A DNA stretch of 64,000 nucleotides from an uncultured Eubacteriales bacterium (GTDB lineage: Bacteria > Acidobacteriota > Aminicenantia > Aminicenantales > Aminicenantaceae): positions 69 to 64,068 of the forward strand of contig CAYPGQ010000012.1 in NCBI GenBank assembly GCA_964410125.1, in the 5' to 3' direction. This document shows positions 62,107 to 64,000 of this stretch, one piece after another (the stretch's first letter is position 1; each line of letters begins with the position of its first letter). A program made the position numbers and the translations under genes. The notes beneath the pieces were generated by a model. It was not told where the DNA came from, did no database searches, and worked only from the letters and a program-made list of their open reading frames with translations.

Positions 62107-63507
62107 ATGAATATGGCCACAAAGCGGATCCTCGGAGCAGTCGCTGCTTCATTGATCTGTTTTGTAGCGCTTGCCTTGGGCCGTCCGGCCGATGCTGGCA
62201 GTATAAAGATTATCCAGACCCTTCTTCTTCTCGGGGCTATTGTCATCCTGTTTTTCACCACCCTCCGCCGTACAGGCGTCGCCTCCCAGATTTTTGTGGG
62301 GCTCGTCCTTGGTGCGGTTGCCGGTTTGATCTACGGGTCCGATGCAGCCGTCATCCGCCCAATCGGGACGGCTTTTATCCGTCTGATCAAAATGGTCGTT
62401 ATCCCCCTAATTTTCGCCTCTCTGCTCGTGGGGGTTGCCAGCCTCGGAGATATGCGTAAAATAGGCCGCATAGGCGGCAAAACACTGGCTTTTTACATCG
62501 CCTATTACATCTCTGCCGTTGCCCTTGGCCTTTTTCTGGCCAATACCCTCAAGCCCGGGTCCAATATTCCGGAATCGGTCCAGGCCGACCTCAAAGCAAG
62601 CTATGGAGAGACGGCCGATGCGCAGGCCTTGCATGCCGAGGAAAGACCCGGACTGGGAGAAGTCCTGATTAACATCATCCCGGACAATCCAGCCGACTCC
62701 TTTGTCAAAGCCAATATGCTCCAGATCATCTTCATCGCGATGTTCATGGGTGTTGTCATCTCCCTCCTCGACAAAAAAAGAATGCAGCCGGTCATCTCCT
62801 TTTTCGAGGCCATAAACGATATCATGGTCAAAATTGTCGAGATTGTGATAAGGATTGCACCATATGCGGTTTTTGCCCTCATTGCGGCTGTCGTAGGCAC
62901 GTTTGGCATGGATATTTTGATGTCGCTCCTGCGCTACTGTGTCGTTGTCATCGGGGGTTTGATTATCCTGGCTTTCACCTATCCTGCAGTCGTGACGCTT
63001 GTCACAAAATATCCCTATTTAAAGTTTTGGAAGGGCATTTACGAGGCGCAGTTGATTGCTTTCAGCACTTCCTCTAGTTCTGCCACACTGCCTGTGACCA
63101 TGGAATGTGCCGAGGATAAAATCGGTGTTTCAAAGCAGATTTCAAGCTTTGTCCTTCCCCTGGGTGCGACAATCAACATGAACGGTACAGCCCTCTATCA
63201 GGGGGTGACTGCCATATTTATCGCCCAGGTTTATGGGATGGACTTAAGCGTAGGAGACCAGCTTGCCATCGTCCTGACAGCCACTCTCGCTTCCATCGGT
63301 GCGGCCGGTGCACCTGCCATGGGTGTTTTGATGCTGGTTATCGTGCTCAGACAGGTCGGGATACCCATGGAGGGAATCGCTCTTGTCCTGGGTGTGGAAC
63401 GTATCCTGGATATGTCCCGGACCGTGATCAACATCACAGGCGACATTGCCGCTGCCACGGTCATCGCACACACCGAAAATGAACTCCATCCGGTAAAGGA
63501 GAGATAA
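62107..63507 (+). CDS. Dicarboxylate/amino acid:cation symporter (DAACS / GltP family)
   Basis: 466 aa. It has the family signatures FSTSSSSATLPV and ATINMNGTALYQGV, plus DMSRTVINITGD. Confidence 0.88.
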   Translation: MNMATKRILGAVAASLICFVALALGRPADAGSIKIIQTLLLLGAIVILFFTTLRRTGVASQIFVGLVLGAVAGLIYGSDAAVIRPIGTAFIRLIKMVVIPLIFASLLVGVASLGDMRKIGRIGGKTLAFYIAYYISAVALGLFLANTLKPGSNIPESVQADLKASYGETADAQALHAEERPGLGEVLINIIPDNPADSFVKANMLQIIFIAMFMGVVISLLDKKRMQPVISFFEAINDIMVKIVEIVIRIAPYAVFALIAAVVGTFGMDILMSLLRYCVVVIGGLIILAFTYPAVVTLVTKYPYLKFWKGIYEAQLIAFSTSSSSATLPVTMECAEDKIGVSKQISSFVLPLGATINMNGTALYQGVTAIFIAQVYGMDLSVGDQLAIVLTATLASIGAAGAPAMGVLMLVIVLRQVGIPMEGIALVLGVERILDMSRTVINITGDIAAATVIAHTENELHPVKER

Positions 63508-63571
63508 GGATCACCAGCGGCTGGCTTCATAAATCGAAAAAGAAATAAATTTCACAACGAGAGAAGTAGAC

Positions 63572-64000
63572 ATGGAAGACCAAACTCAAGTGATAAAGGA
63601 ACCAAGGACACCTTTTCCGGGTGTTTTTTGGGCAGCCAACACCATCGAGATCCTGGAGCGGTTTGCCTACTACGGGATTTTCATCCCCTTCGGCATCTAC
63701 ATGCAGCAGCTTGGTTATTCCGCCGGTGAACTGGGGATCGTCCAGAGCATTTTCCTGGCTTTTTCGTACGGGATCCCTATAATCTCTGGCACCTTTGCTG
63801 ACAAATATGGATTCAAAAAAGTCCTCATTGTCTCTTACCTGGCTTACCTGCCTTCGATCTTGCTCCTGCTGCTTACCAAGTCATTCTCCGGGATTGCACT
63901 GACCATGCTCACTATCGGTTTGGCGGCAGGTATCTTCAAGCCCCTGATTGCGGGCACAGTGCGGGCCGTCACCGACAAAACGAACAAAACGCTTGGGTTC
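63572..64000 (+). CDS. POT/PTR2-family peptide:proton symporter (MFS); N-terminal part only
   Basis: Manual translation from ATG 63572 gives MEDQTQVIKEPRTPFPGVFWAANTIEILERFAYYGIF...ADKYGFKK. ERFAYYG is the PTR2 signature. The frame stays open to the window end. Confidence 0.8.
   Translation, partial: MEDQTQVIKEPRTPFPGVFWAANTIEILERFAYYGIFIPFGIYMQQLGYSAGELGIVQSIFLAFSYGIPIISGTFADKYGFKKVLIVSYLAYLPSILLLLLTKSFSGIALTMLTIGLAAGIFKPLIAGTVRAVTDKTNKTLGF

Overview
This 64-kb window is bacterial chromosomal DNA from a diderm-type organism. Supporting signs are a TonB-dependent receptor-like gene, TonB-C domains, a sigma-54 activator with a -24/-12 promoter, Tat-type signals and canonical TTGACA/TATAAT promoters. 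Lineage cannot be determined from the sequence alone, and GC looks mid-40s percent by eye (not computed). I call 43 protein-coding genes, two of them cut by the window edges. I found no rRNA, tRNA, CRISPR array, transposase, integrase or phage genes.

Gene content, left to right:
- two tandem sulfatases, an exported metallophosphoesterase and a large polytopic membrane protein
- an FHA-GAF sigma-54 activator, then a sigma-54 promoter, a truncated receptor paralog and a full TonB-dependent receptor-like gene
- two zinc-ribbon Ser/Thr kinases with TPR tails
- an operon of ECF sigma, zf-HC2 anti-sigma and two exported TPR-CHAT (caspase-like) proteases
- an A+T-richer block of three secreted proteins (orphan, S8 subtilase, LamG/HYR adhesin-like)
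- gcvPA, gcvPB and an NAD-kinase-like gene
- BlaI plus a BlaR1-like M56 sensor carrying three TonB-C domains
- a KamA-like radical SAM enzyme with a long N-terminal extension
- two further ECF sigma modules, one with a DUF4384-like protein and an S41 peptidase, one with an anti-sigma and a GspG-C-like secreted protein
- a B12-radical SAM gene, serine hydrolases, aldo/keto reductases and transporters

The most interesting items:
1. The ECF / anti-sigma / tandem TPR-CHAT operon is a candidate uncharacterised envelope signalling-protease system. Two other modules in the window share the logic of sigma, single-pass protein and exported protein.
2. A family of long intergenic palindromes (GGGGACAGGATACCCTTTCAC...GTGAAAGGGTATCCTGTCCCC) has four full copies. 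One copy carries a compensatory double substitution. There are also mini-derivatives (GGGGACGTCCCC) and reiterated terminal motifs placed just upstream of start codons.
3. A possible kinase to FHA-activator to sigma-54 promoter to outer-membrane receptor circuit.

All functional calls rest on motifs read by eye from the translations. No database search was run.
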